DNA of 64,000 nucleotides from an uncultured bacterium (lineage in GTDB: Bacteria; Patescibacteriota; Minisyncoccia; Phycocordibacterales; Phycocordibacteraceae). Where the stretch lies: the NCBI GenBank assembly GCA_903825105.1, contig CAIJZI010000009.1, positions 216 through 64,215 on the forward strand. The letters are read 5' to 3'. The notes under the pieces are model-generated. The model made no database searches and was not told the DNA's origin. It saw only the letters and a list, made by a program, of their open reading frames with translations. Positions 37,673 to 46,901 of this stretch are shown here, one piece after another (position 1 is the stretch's first letter; every line of letters begins with the position of its first letter). The position numbers were made by a program, and so were the translations under genes.

Positions 37673-38677
37673 ATGAAAATTCATTACTTTTCGAGCGAGG
37701 GGTGGGAGGAGGACTTTATAAAAAATAAATTACCAAATGATGAAATTATTTTTCATCTTGGCTCTATTGCTGATTTCCAAGATGTGAGCGACTCTGAAGC
37801 AGAAGCCATTTGTACTTTTGTGGAAACAAAAATTGGCGAGATAGAAATGTCACGCTTCCCTGCTCTGAAACTTATCGCGACGCGTTCGACCGGCTTCGAT
37901 CACATTGATCTCGCTGCAGCGAAAGCGCGCGGAATCGCCGTCGTGAATGTTCCTTTTTATGGCGAGAACACCGTCGCAGAATTCGCCTTCGCGCTTCTGC
38001 TCGCATTGTCGCGTCGAATCGTTGAGGCGGACGAGCGCGTTAAAGAAACGGGAACATTTTCTACAAAAGATCTTCGCGGTTTTGACTTGGCTGGGAAAAC
38101 ACTCGGTGTCATCGGCACCGGCCACATCGGCGCGCACATTATTGCGATGGCGAACGGATTCGGCATGAAGGTGGTCGGCTTCGACGCGTACCCTAATAGC
38201 GAGCTCGCCGAGAAACTTGATTTCAACTATATCTCACTAGAAGAATTGCTCGCCACTTCAGACATCATCACGATTCACACGCCGTATAATCCACAAACGC
38301 ATCATCTGATTAATAAAGAAAATATAAATAAAATTAAAAAAGGTGCGTACCTGATCAACACCGCGCGTGGCGCTATCGTTGAAACCGAGGCGCTCGTCGA
38401 AGCATTAAAAAATGGCACTCTCACGGGCGCCGGCCTCGATGTTCTCGAAGAAGAGGGCGATATGAATGACGAGCTCGCACTTCTCACTGCCTCACATCCA
38501 AAAGAAGATGAATTAAAAATCGCGCTCGAGAACCATTACCTCATTAATCACCCGCGAGTCATCGTCACGCCGCACAATGCCTTCAATACGAGCGAAGCGG
38601 TCGAGCGAATCCTCACTACAACCATCGAAAATATAAAAGCATTTTCTGCTGGCTCTGCGACAAATGTCGTTTCTTAA
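37673..38677 (+). CDS. D-2-hydroxyacid dehydrogenase (D-LDH/hydroxypyruvate reductase type)
   Basis: RSTGFDH, GTGHIG, INTARG, LDVLEEE, TPHNAF. Confidence 0.9.
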   Translation: MKIHYFSSEGWEEDFIKNKLPNDEIIFHLGSIADFQDVSDSEAEAICTFVETKIGEIEMSRFPALKLIATRSTGFDHIDLAAAKARGIAVVNVPFYGENTVAEFAFALLLALSRRIVEADERVKETGTFSTKDLRGFDLAGKTLGVIGTGHIGAHIIAMANGFGMKVVGFDAYPNSELAEKLDFNYISLEELLATSDIITIHTPYNPQTHHLINKENINKIKKGAYLINTARGAIVETEALVEALKNGTLTGAGLDVLEEEGDMNDELALLTASHPKEDELKIALENHYLINHPRVIVTPHNAFNTSEAVERILTTTIENIKAFSAGSATNVVS

Positions 38678-38687
38678 CACAAAATAG

Positions 38688-38806
38688 CTATCCACAGAAC
38701 TCAAAACTACTTATTGACTTATCAGTCTTCCTGGCATAAGATATGACTGTATTTCTATGGAGGGGCACTGCTTAGGGTTTCGTCCTTAAGCGGTGCTTTT
38801 CTTTTT
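38688..38806 (+). ncRNA. DnaA-like box, promoter and short RNA convergent with the NYN gene
   Basis: CTATCCACA 38688; TTGACT 38714, N17, TAAGAT 38737; GCACTGCTTAGGG..CCTTAAGCGGTGC then T-tract over the NYN stop. Confidence 0.5.
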
Positions 38807-39289
38807 ATATGCTAACTTATCTTGGAGTTCGTTCATAAACCATATCTTTTCTTTAGAGGTTTGTCTGAGCAGACTTGAACAATTTTCAATATCCGGACTT
38901 AATACTATCTTTAGTTTGTTATTTTCGTATAGATACTGTACAAGCGAATAAAAATCGCCATCGCTCGAAACAATAACTGCCTTATCGTACTCGCTTAATT
39001 CAAGCGCGGCTTTTAATACAAGATCCGCATCAATGTTTCCTTTAATTTTGCCGTCAGCATCTGGTATTGTTGGCTTGAATTTCAAAATAAAACCTGATTC
39101 TTGAAGATTGTCGTAGAGCGACTGGTTGAGCGCTACAAAACCAATAAACAAATATGCTTTTTTGACTCCGTATTTTTCTGCGAGATACACTCTGAATTTT
39201 TTATAATCCAACTTCCAGCCCAATTTCTGGATTCCCAGATTCAGATTTTGACTATCAATAAAAGCATAATTATTTTCTTTCTTCTTCAT
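38786..39289 (-). CDS. NYN domain (LabA/DUF88, PIN fold) nuclease
   Basis: FIDSQNL, KGNIDADL, IVSSDGDF. Confidence 0.88.
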   Translation of the reverse strand: MKKKENNYAFIDSQNLNLGIQKLGWKLDYKKFRVYLAEKYGVKKAYLFIGFVALNQSLYDNLQESGFILKFKPTIPDADGKIKGNIDADLVLKAALELSEYDKAVIVSSDGDFYSLVQYLYENNKLKIVLSPDIENCSSLLRQTSKEKIWFMNELQDKLAYKKKSTA

Positions 39290-39392
39290 ACCTTTTGCAG
39301 GTATATCTTACACCATATTCAACACCAAAAATATCCGACGATTTTTCATCGATTCACCGAAAAATATTATTCCTCGAAATTTTTATCAGCTA

Positions 39393-40232
39393 CTATCCGT
39401 TTAGAACACTTACGAGTAATCTGTCTGAAAAATTAGAAGTGATTATTGTCAGTTCTTTATCCTCCTTCTTTGCAAAAAGACCAAAGAAAAGATCGCCGGT
39501 CACTTCAAAACCCAATTCTCCGTAATACGAGACGATGATTGCTTCTAATTCTTCATTACTCACACGCTCTTTTCCACGCATATCAATAGAGAAATCCTCT
39601 AAATTACCAGAGTTAAATGTTGCTAGTGTAGCCAACATCTGTGCTTCAGGAGATTGTAGTGCTGTGTCGAAACTATAAGGATATGTGGCTTCTAGACCCA
39701 ATTTCTCGCATACACACTGCTCTAGAGTTTTGCCAACTGGCTTTTCAATTTTAGCTTCAAGGAAATCCTCTATATCTTTCTTTTGACTATCATCTAATTT
39801 TTGGAAGAGTGTTGCTGCCTTCATAGTTTCATTGAGATAGACGGACATATCGGGCATATCAAGTTTTATCCTTTCGCCGAGTTTGTGCGTCAATGTTAGT
39901 ACTTCTGACATATAAGCATCGCTCTCGAGTTCACTACTTAATTTCAATAGAGCTTTTAGAGTTCTCGCCACTCTTTGCTGTAGTTCTGGCTGAAAAGAAA
40001 GGTCGCTTTCAATATGTTTTTTGATATATCCAACAGTACCTCCTTCTCTCTCGCCCACAACCAATCCGGCTTCCATTGCTTTTTGCAGGTGCTCATATTG
40101 TTCAGAGGTAATTTTGAGTTCTCCATAAACTACCTCTGCCCCTCCTTCTACGAGTTCTTTATCACTTACTTTTCTTTGTTCCTGCATATCGACTATTTCC
40201 TCTGGCGAATATCTATCTGGTGATTTTGGCAT
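39393..40232 (-). CDS. Hypothetical acidic protein
   Basis: 279-aa AT-rich ORF, no recognised motif. Confidence 0.6.
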   Translation of the reverse strand: MPKSPDRYSPEEIVDMQEQRKVSDKELVEGGAEVVYGELKITSEQYEHLQKAMEAGLVVGEREGGTVGYIKKHIESDLSFQPELQQRVARTLKALLKLSSELESDAYMSEVLTLTHKLGERIKLDMPDMSVYLNETMKAATLFQKLDDSQKKDIEDFLEAKIEKPVGKTLEQCVCEKLGLEATYPYSFDTALQSPEAQMLATLATFNSGNLEDFSIDMRGKERVSNEELEAIIVSYYGELGFEVTGDLFFGLFAKKEDKELTIITSNFSDRLLVSVLNG

Positions 40233-40320
40233 AATTTTATGGTTAATTTATTTACTCTTAAATAATAACAAACCTGCTTATGATTGCAATTTCTCGGTTT
40301 TTGTGATGAAATAGAGATAT

Positions 40321-41790
40321 ATGGCAAAGGGAGCACGACCGCCCATCATCGCGGTGATGGGTCACATAGACCACGGAAAGTCGTCACTATTGGATTATAT
40401 CCGCAAGGCGAATGTGGTCGCTGGCGAAGCAGGTGGCATCACCCAGCATGTTTCTGCATACATCGCTCTCCACAATGACCGCGCGATCACCTTCCTCGAT
40501 ACACCTGGTCACGAAGCGTTTAAAGCGCTCCGCACACGCGGCGCTGCTGCTGCTGACATCGCTATTCTTGTTGTCGCTGCCGACGAAGGCGTGATGCCAC
40601 AGACGCTCGATGCACTTAACGCGATTAAAGAGGCGAGCATTCCTTTTATTGTCGCCATCACGAAGATTGATAAAAATAATGCCGACATCGAACGCACGAA
40701 GATATCACTTCTCGAACACGGTATTTTCCTCGAGGGCATGGGCGGAGAAATCGCCTTTATGCCTATTTCTTCAAAATCGGGTAGCGGCATTCCGGAACTG
40801 CTCGATCTTGTTGTGCTCGCTACAGATCTTTCAGAAATTACTGCCGACCCAGACGCTCCTGCAGAAGGATTCGTCCTCGAATCGACTCAAGACCCGAAGC
40901 GCGGCGCTTCTGCGACGCTGATTATTAAAAATGGCTCACTCGAGACCGGTTGCTTCGTCGTCGCTGGAGACGCCTACGCGCCTGTTCGTTTTATCGAAGA
41001 CTTCAGAGGTTCTCGTATAGAGAAGGCATTACCTTCAGAGCCAGTGCGTATCTCTGGATTTAATTCCCTTCCACCTTCTGGAGCACTTTTTAGTGTTGTG
41101 GGGAGTAAAAAGGAGGCAGAAAAACTCACTAAAGAAAACGCTGCAAAATCTGTAATCCCTTCTTCTCAATCTGTCTCGACAGAAGGAATTACCGAGCTCC
41201 CACTCGTGATAAAAGCAGATGTCGCCGGTTCTCTCGATGCGATTATCCACGAATTGTCGAAGATAACGCACGAGCGCGGGTGTCTGCGCATTATTTCAAC
41301 TGGCGTCGGTACCGTCTCAGAAAACGATGTGAAGACGGCGATTGCTTCAGGCGGGATTATTGTCTCATTTAATGTGGGCACCGACGGCGTCGCTTCAGAA
41401 CTCGCCGACCGTAACAATATTTCTATTCTTAATTTCTCAATTATTTACGAACTTTCTGAAAAGATTACCGAGCGCCTCACCTCTCATGTCCCCGTGGTCA
41501 CAGTCGAAAAAGAGACGGGCAAAGCGCTCGTTTTAAAGTCGTTTTCTTCAAGTGGTAAGAAACAGGTACTCGGCGCGCGATTTATCTCAGGAACTTTTTC
41601 TGTCGGGAATAAAATAAAAATAATACGAGGCACAGAAGAGATCTCCCGTGGAAAGATAATCAATCTCCAACAAGCGCGCGCTGACATAAAAGAGATAAAA
41701 ACAGAAGGAGACTTCGGTATCGAGATAGAAGCGAAGACTCCGCTTATTTATGGCGACACTCTTATTGAATTTACTACGACCGAATCATGA
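40321..41790 (+). CDS. infB: Translation initiation factor 2 (no N-terminal domain)
   Basis: MGHIDHGKS, GGITQH, DTPGHEAF. Confidence 0.95.
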   Translation: MAKGARPPIIAVMGHIDHGKSSLLDYIRKANVVAGEAGGITQHVSAYIALHNDRAITFLDTPGHEAFKALRTRGAAAADIAILVVAADEGVMPQTLDALNAIKEASIPFIVAITKIDKNNADIERTKISLLEHGIFLEGMGGEIAFMPISSKSGSGIPELLDLVVLATDLSEITADPDAPAEGFVLESTQDPKRGASATLIIKNGSLETGCFVVAGDAYAPVRFIEDFRGSRIEKALPSEPVRISGFNSLPPSGALFSVVGSKKEAEKLTKENAAKSVIPSSQSVSTEGITELPLVIKADVAGSLDAIIHELSKITHERGCLRIISTGVGTVSENDVKTAIASGGIIVSFNVGTDGVASELADRNNISILNFSIIYELSEKITERLTSHVPVVTVEKETGKALVLKSFSSSGKKQVLGARFISGTFSVGNKIKIIRGTEEISRGKIINLQQARADIKEIKTEGDFGIEIEAKTPLIYGDTLIEFTTTES

Positions 41791-42098
41791 AAACCGAAAA
41801 AAGACCTGATGCAAAAAGGCACGGCGATCGTGTGATCGAACTCATCGCGCACGAAGCCGCGAACTTTATCGGGCGCGAAGCGAGTACAGAATCATTTATC
41901 ACCGTCATTCGCGCTGTGCCACTCTCGCACGGCGAACGGGTCGCTGTTTTTGTGAGCATCTTCCCTGAAGAGAAGATCCGTCCTGCACTCGCCTTTCTCG
42001 AGCGACAGCGTGAGGCCTTTTCAGATTATTTAAAAAAGAAAACGCGGCTCTCGCCGCTCCCGAGAATCGACTTTCTTCTCGATAACGGAGAAGCTTGA
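41787..42098 (+). CDS. rbfA: Ribosome-binding factor A
   Basis: Directly after infB; size and C-terminal LPRIDFLLD. Confidence 0.75.
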   Translation: MKTEKRPDAKRHGDRVIELIAHEAANFIGREASTESFITVIRAVPLSHGERVAVFVSIFPEEKIRPALAFLERQREAFSDYLKKKTRLSPLPRIDFLLDNGEA

Positions 42099-42163
42099 CA
42101 GAAATCGCGTTTCGTGTATACTTATATTTATCCAAGGGCGTAAAGCCTTTGAGGGGAGGATTC

Positions 42164-42364
42164 GTGAGAAACTCGATTGCACTTTTTTTCGTTCTTTCGG
42201 CTTCGGTGGCATTCGCGCAGCCCGCCGCCGTGAAGCCGGTACTTCCGCCGGTGCAGACGGTGACGCCGCCGATAATCAACAGCACGGTCAAACCGGCACT
42301 TCCGCCGGTGCAGACAGCGACCTTGTCAAAGGCCGCTGGGGCCGTCAAGCCGGCGCTGAAGTAG
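42164..42364 (+). CDS. Small secreted repeat peptide
   Basis: TTGACA-N16-TATACT promoter, SD GGAGG, GTG start, signal peptide, VKP(V/A)LPPVQT repeats, terminator. Confidence 0.55.
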   Translation: MRNSIALFFVLSASVAFAQPAAVKPVLPPVQTVTPPIINSTVKPALPPVQTATLSKAAGAVKPALK

Positions 42365-42414
42365 CGCCATAAACAAAATCAAAAGGAGCCCTAACCGGCT
42401 CCTTTAACCTTTTG

Positions 42415-42486
42415 AGGCCAGGGCGGGAATTGAACCCGCGCATGTCGCTTTTGCAGAGCGATGTGTTACCACTTCACCACCTGGCC
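42415..42486 (-). tRNA. tRNA-Cys(GCA)
   Basis: GGCCAGG/CCTGGCC, U73; TCGCT-CTGCAAA-AGCGA. Confidence 0.95.
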
Positions 42487-42535
42487 GTTTATTAAGAATA
42501 GCAGAAGTGATAGGATAATACAGTGCTTTGTTATA

Positions 42536-42624
42536 GCCGAGGTGGCGGAATGGTAGACGCACAGGGCTTAAAACCCTGAGAGGTCCTAAAAATCCTCGTG
42601 TGGGTTCGAGTCCCACCCTCGGTA
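42536..42624 (+). tRNA. tRNA-Leu(TAA)
   Basis: CAGGG-CTTAAAA-CCCTG, long variable arm. Confidence 0.93.
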
Positions 42625-42666
42625 CAAGGAAAACAGATATGCCGCGGGCCTGGAGGCTCGCGGCGT

Positions 42667-42849
42667 TTATTTGTATTTGAGTAAGTTCTTTAAAAAATCT
42701 GGAATGTAAATAAACCAGAAAATTATTGTGGGAACACCGAGAAGAATTATAGTTTCCCAATTTTTCTTTTTTGGGAAGAAAATAAAACCTGCTAGCACGG
42801 CGGACAAGATAATGCCGGCGCAGCCGAATAGAATCATTCTTAACGGCAT
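42667..42849 (-). CDS. Small membrane protein
   Basis: Two TM segments, SD GGAGG. Confidence 0.5.
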   Translation of the reverse strand: MPLRMILFGCAGIILSAVLAGFIFFPKKKNWETIILLGVPTIIFWFIYIPDFLKNLLKYK

Positions 42850-42898
42850 ATCAGTCCTCCCTCTCTCACATCCAAAAGCAGAATACCAGATTCGGTGA

Positions 42899-43819
42899 TT
42901 ATTTCAAAACCGTTAGGAGACGCGTATATTTAGGATCTCTGCCGTGCAGAATCTCTTGATACTTTTTCTGAAGTGACTTTGTTATTTTACCTGTTTCGCC
43001 ATTTTTAATAATTCGTTTATCTATCTCTCGCACCGGCGTCGCGAGGGCTGAAGTGCCCGAGGCGAAGACTTCGTCAGCGATGTAGAGCTCGGTGAGATCA
43101 ACCTTCCGTTCAACAACAGGGATCTTCATACCGCGCGCGAGCTCGATAATCGTCCTGCGCGTTATCCCTTCGAGAATATCGCTCGCGGTGTCGGGAGTGA
43201 TAAGCACGCCATCGCGCACGAAGAAAATATTCGCCGCGCTGAGTTCACAGACATGTCCGTCAGCATCTAAAAAAATACAGTCATCGTAGCCGCTATCGAG
43301 AGCATCCTGCTTCGCGAGGACAGAATTCACATACGCGCCATTCACCTTCGCCCTCGAAGGTATCGCATAGTCGGGCACACGCCGCCACACACTCGTCTTC
43401 AAGCTCGCGCCGCCTTCGGGCAGGACTTTATAATCGCCATAGGCGAACATACTCACCGTCGTGTGGAGCCCGCGCGACCGCGTCCCTGGCAGGAGCTCGT
43501 CGACATGCACCGTCGCACGCACGAGCACATCTTCTTTTATCTTATTCGCTTTTATTAATTCTGTAATCGCTTTGGTAAATTTATTTTCATTCCATTCTTT
43601 TTCAAAAGTATCGATGCCGATAATTTTAGCTGAGTCGATTAACCTTTTAAAATGATCTTTTAATCTAAAAGCGACGATTCCCTTTTTTGTTATACATACC
43701 GGGAAGACCGTGTAGACGCTCAGGCCGTAGAGAACCGCCGAACTCGCGATACTTAAAGAAGCTTCTTTTACCGGTACTATTTTTGAACCAAAAAATGCTT
43801 TGTTATAAATGCGTGCCAT
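42899..43819 (-). CDS. ilvE: Branched-chain amino acid aminotransferase (class IV)
   Basis: AKVNGAY, ELSAANIF, LEGITR; ATG 43819. Confidence 0.88.
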   Translation of the reverse strand: MARIYNKAFFGSKIVPVKEASLSIASSAVLYGLSVYTVFPVCITKKGIVAFRLKDHFKRLIDSAKIIGIDTFEKEWNENKFTKAITELIKANKIKEDVLVRATVHVDELLPGTRSRGLHTTVSMFAYGDYKVLPEGGASLKTSVWRRVPDYAIPSRAKVNGAYVNSVLAKQDALDSGYDDCIFLDADGHVCELSAANIFFVRDGVLITPDTASDILEGITRRTIIELARGMKIPVVERKVDLTELYIADEVFASGTSALATPVREIDKRIIKNGETGKITKSLQKKYQEILHGRDPKYTRLLTVLK

Positions 43820-43821
43820 TG

Positions 43822-43894
43822 TGCGCCCACCAGGGCTCGAACCTGGGACCCACTGCTTAAGAGGCAGTTGCTCTACCAACTGAGCTATGGGCGC
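43822..43894 (-). tRNA. tRNA-Lys(CTT)
   Basis: GCGCCCA/TGGGCGC; ACTGC-CTCTTAA-GCAGT. Confidence 0.96.
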
Positions 43895-44006
43895 TGAGTG
43901 AGGAAGAAACGAATGATTGTCCTCAATTATTCTTTCTCTCCGAACGAGCGTTCATATGCCTACATATGGGCGCTGAGTGAGGAAGAACCCAAAAAGATAT
44001 GGGCGC
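43895..44006 (-). repeat. Palindromic leader with two extra copies of the tRNA-Lys 5' end
   Basis: GCGCCCATA at 43973-65 and 44006-43998. Confidence 0.75.
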
Positions 44007-44080
44007 TTCACTTTAGAATATAGCAGAATGTAGTATGATTTGGAAATCGCCCTACTTCGCGTAAAGCTACGAGGGGCAAA

Positions 44081-44166
44081 GCTGGGGTGGCGAAATTGGT
44101 AGACGCATTAGCCTTAGGAGCTAACGGAGCAATCCATTGGAGGTTCGAGTCCTCTCCCCAGCACCA
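44081..44166 (+). tRNA. tRNA-Leu(TAG)
   Basis: TTAGC-CTTAGGA-GCTAA, variable arm, encoded CCA. Confidence 0.95.
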
Positions 44167-44263
44167 CTTCACTAAAGCTACACAGTGCACAGAACTTGAC
44201 TTTATAGCCGTTTCGTGTATTATAGATAGCGGAGAGCCGATTCTTCGGCTTAAGGAGCTTGAA

Positions 44264-44893
44264 ATGGCATTTTGGAATTGGGTAAGAAATAACCAGAGAA
44301 CGGTTTGGAATATCGTCCTCGGGTTCGTGTGGATCGTTCTCCTCTTCAACGCCTGCTCCGCGGTTTCCGTCGTTAATGTCGGGCAAATCGGAAGTTGGAG
44401 TTGGGCGAACGCGATCCCGTTCGCGGCATTCTTCGTGATCGGGTTCATCCTGATCGCTGTGAACGCTAGAACCATCGGCGCGCCGACTGCGCGAGTCCTC
44501 CGTATCGCACTCGGGACGGTTATTGTCATCCTCTTTTTGGCAATGCCGTTCGAGGAGCGTGTCCGCGGGGTGTTTAACCCGCAGCAGTCTCACAACTCGC
44601 TGCAAGCGCCGGCGACATCACAGCCGGCACTTGCTATCGGGGTCTGCCCCGACGCGAGCAAGAACGAGACACGGCAGTGCCTCGTCGGGTCTGACTGGTC
44701 CAACTGGATCGGTCTGGCAGAAGGTACTGCTGACAACGGCCTCCACTTCTGCTCCAACGCTGGCGGAGAGCGCGAGCAGTCCCCAGACGAGAGCGAAACA
44801 ATGTTTCGCTTTAAGTCAAAAGACGGCGGGAATCTCGTAAAAAAGTACCGCCTCTTCGCGACTAGCGAAGAATGCGAGGAAGCAACTATCTGA
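44264..44893 (+). CDS. Membrane protein with a Cys-containing extracellular domain
   Basis: SD AAGGAG, three TM, four C-terminal Cys; terminator 44905-44940. Confidence 0.6.
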   Translation: MAFWNWVRNNQRTVWNIVLGFVWIVLLFNACSAVSVVNVGQIGSWSWANAIPFAAFFVIGFILIAVNARTIGAPTARVLRIALGTVIVILFLAMPFEERVRGVFNPQQSHNSLQAPATSQPALAIGVCPDASKNETRQCLVGSDWSNWIGLAEGTADNGLHFCSNAGGEREQSPDESETMFRFKSKDGGNLVKKYRLFATSEECEEATI

Positions 44894-44946
44894 AGCTCTT
44901 TCAAAAAGGCCGCGCCAACAAGCGCGGCCTTTCATTTTTTTATTCT

Positions 44947-45237
44947 CTATTTAGAAGCAGGAACGAAAGTGTTGTTCACATAATTCCCCACCCCGGGGAA
45001 AATGCCAAGCACTGTATTCATAATCCCATACGCGCCGAAGATGACGACGAGCCCTACAATGCCCCACATAATCGCTTGCCTCCCTTCCTTTCTCTTCGTT
45101 TCATTACCCGCATTGCGCACAAACTCGAACACACCCCAGAGAAATACGACAAAGGCACAGGCAGAGAGCAGCAGAATAATCGGATTAACGATCTGCACGA
45201 GTACCTTGCCGAGGAATTGGTTTAGAACTTCGGTCAT
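44947..45237 (-). CDS. VirB2/TrbC-like CPR pilin
   Basis: F.VFLWG...G+..+.WG++GL.++ pattern. Confidence 0.75.
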   Translation of the reverse strand: MTEVLNQFLGKVLVQIVNPIILLLSACAFVVFLWGVFEFVRNAGNETKRKEGRQAIMWGIVGLVVIFGAYGIMNTVLGIFPGVGNYVNNTFVPASK

Positions 45238-45244
45238 CTAGCGA

Positions 45245-45622
45245 TTAATGAATCTGTAGTCCGGATGTTGGCGCACCGCCTGCTGGGCCAGAATTATTAC
45301 CGAAACTGAAGGTGCCGGTGAGAATATTCACGAGTCCCCAGACCGAGACCATCACGAAGAAGCCGACAAGCCCCCAGAGCATCAGGTTCTTACCCTTCTC
45401 TTTTACATCATCTCCACCGGACGCCCCGAGAATGAAGGTGTTAAAAGCGCCCCAAAGGAATACGATAAAGGCGATCGCGAAGATAATCGGAACGAGAATA
45501 TTATTAATCGTGCTGATGATAAACGAACCGACATCATTAAGATTGTTAATAGCAGCAGCTGATGAGACGAGCGGTAGCGCGAGCAGAGTGACAAGTGAGG
45601 AAATGGTAAGGGCTTTTTTCAT
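45245..45622 (-). CDS. VirB2/TrbC-like CPR pilin
   Basis: Signal peptide, FIVFLWG, GKNLMLWGLVGFFVM. Confidence 0.78.
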   Translation of the reverse strand: MKKALTISSLVTLLALPLVSSAAAINNLNDVGSFIISTINNILVPIIFAIAFIVFLWGAFNTFILGASGGDDVKEKGKNLMLWGLVGFFVMVSVWGLVNILTGTFSFGNNSGPAGGAPTSGLQIH

Positions 45623-45704
45623 AAAATAAGTAATCTAATAACAGGTTAATTGTAGCTTTTATAAGAGACTGGTCAATGCGGTTTTTATCTATTTGTGGAT
45701 ATTA

Positions 45705-46253
45705 CTAGTTTGTACAACTGTCCGTACTTACACCGTCTGGACAAGTTCTACCATTGGGACAATAACAATCATTGTTCAGTATTATCCCGCGAGGAGTCTC
45801 AGTCACCGGCGGCTCAGCACAGGTATCTGTACTTGGATCACAGTATCCGCTACTGCACAAAATGTCATTGTAATTACACTTCACCCCATTCTGCAGATTG
45901 CCTGAAGCGCTCGAGGCAGGGCTGCCAGCAGCAGGAGTTTGGGTATTAGAATTTGTTGCCCCAGTATTAATAGTTGGGAACGCGGGGACATTGGTCGAGG
46001 TGAGCCCAAGCGTGCCCATAAATATCTGCACGATGCCCCAGACAGAGAAGAGAAGGACGAAGCCGACGATACCGTAAATGGCGAAGGTCTTCCCTTCTTT
46101 TTCTGCTTTATCTGAATCGTGAATAAAATACTTGTAAATCCCCCAGACGAATACTAAGAATGCGACCGAGATCAGAGCCGGTATTAAAATGCCGTTGATA
46201 ACCCCGACGACACTGCTCGCATATCCTTGAATATAAGTCGCATTTATTCCCAT
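45705..46253 (-). CDS. Pilin with a Cys-rich C-terminal extension
   Basis: FLVFVWG, GKTFAIYGIVG; Cys-rich tail. Confidence 0.7.
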   Translation of the reverse strand: MGINATYIQGYASSVVGVINGILIPALISVAFLVFVWGIYKYFIHDSDKAEKEGKTFAIYGIVGFVLLFSVWGIVQIFMGTLGLTSTNVPAFPTINTGATNSNTQTPAAGSPASSASGNLQNGVKCNYNDILCSSGYCDPSTDTCAEPPVTETPRGIILNNDCYCPNGRTCPDGVSTDSCTN

Positions 46254-46268
46254 AGAATGTTGTTATTT

Positions 46269-46619
46269 TTAAAATCTAAGCTGAATACTCGTGCCAGGTA
46301 TCGCGCTCGGCATCATCGGAGCTCCGTAGCCAGCGAGACCGAAGGTGTTCGCGACGACATTCACGAGCCCCCAAAGCGAGAGCATAATAGCGAAGCCAAC
46401 AATGCCCCAGAGCACGAGCTTATGGCCAGCTGCAACTGCTTTTTCATCGCCATTTGAATAAATGTATGCTTTATACACACCATAAATAAAAACGATAAAA
46501 GCGAGCGCGAAGATAACGGGAACTAAAATATAATTAATGACATATAAAATCTGATTGCCGAGATAACAGATATACCCGGTGCAGCCGTTCCCGATCGAGA
46601 CGCCAAAAGAAATGTTCAT
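46269..46619 (-). CDS. VirB2/TrbC-like CPR pilin
   Basis: FIVFIYG, GHKLVLWGIVG. Confidence 0.75.
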   Translation of the reverse strand: MNISFGVSIGNGCTGYICYLGNQILYVINYILVPVIFALAFIVFIYGVYKAYIYSNGDEKAVAAGHKLVLWGIVGFAIMLSLWGLVNVVANTFGLAGYGAPMMPSAIPGTSIQLRF

Positions 46620-46638
46620 AAAATTAAGTATAGCCGAA

Positions 46639-46899
46639 TTAAGAGCCCGGGTTGATGCCGAGCGTGGATAACAAGAGATTCACGAAGCCCCAGACCGAGA
46701 AGAGTACGACCATGCCGAGAATGCCCCAGAAGGCGAAATCCTTCCCTTCTTTCATTTTTCCCTCATCGCCTTTATTGTTGAAGAAAAAATATTTTAAAAT
46801 CCCGTATAAGAACGAGAAGAATGCGAGTGTAGCGATAAAAGGTACGACAATCGTGTTCACGATCACGATGAGCTGATTAACGGTTTCAGCAAAGGTCAT
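46639..46899 (-). CDS. VirB2/TrbC-like CPR pilin
   Basis: FFSFLYG, GKDFAFWGILG; ATG 46899. Confidence 0.72.
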   Translation of the reverse strand: MTFAETVNQLIVIVNTIVVPFIATLAFFSFLYGILKYFFFNNKGDEGKMKEGKDFAFWGILGMVVLFSVWGFVNLLLSTLGINPGS

Positions 46900-46901
46900 A
46901 A

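Noticed and set aside
43886-44006. CRISPR array
   Set aside because: Repeats are short, unevenly spaced and tRNA-derived; no cas genes
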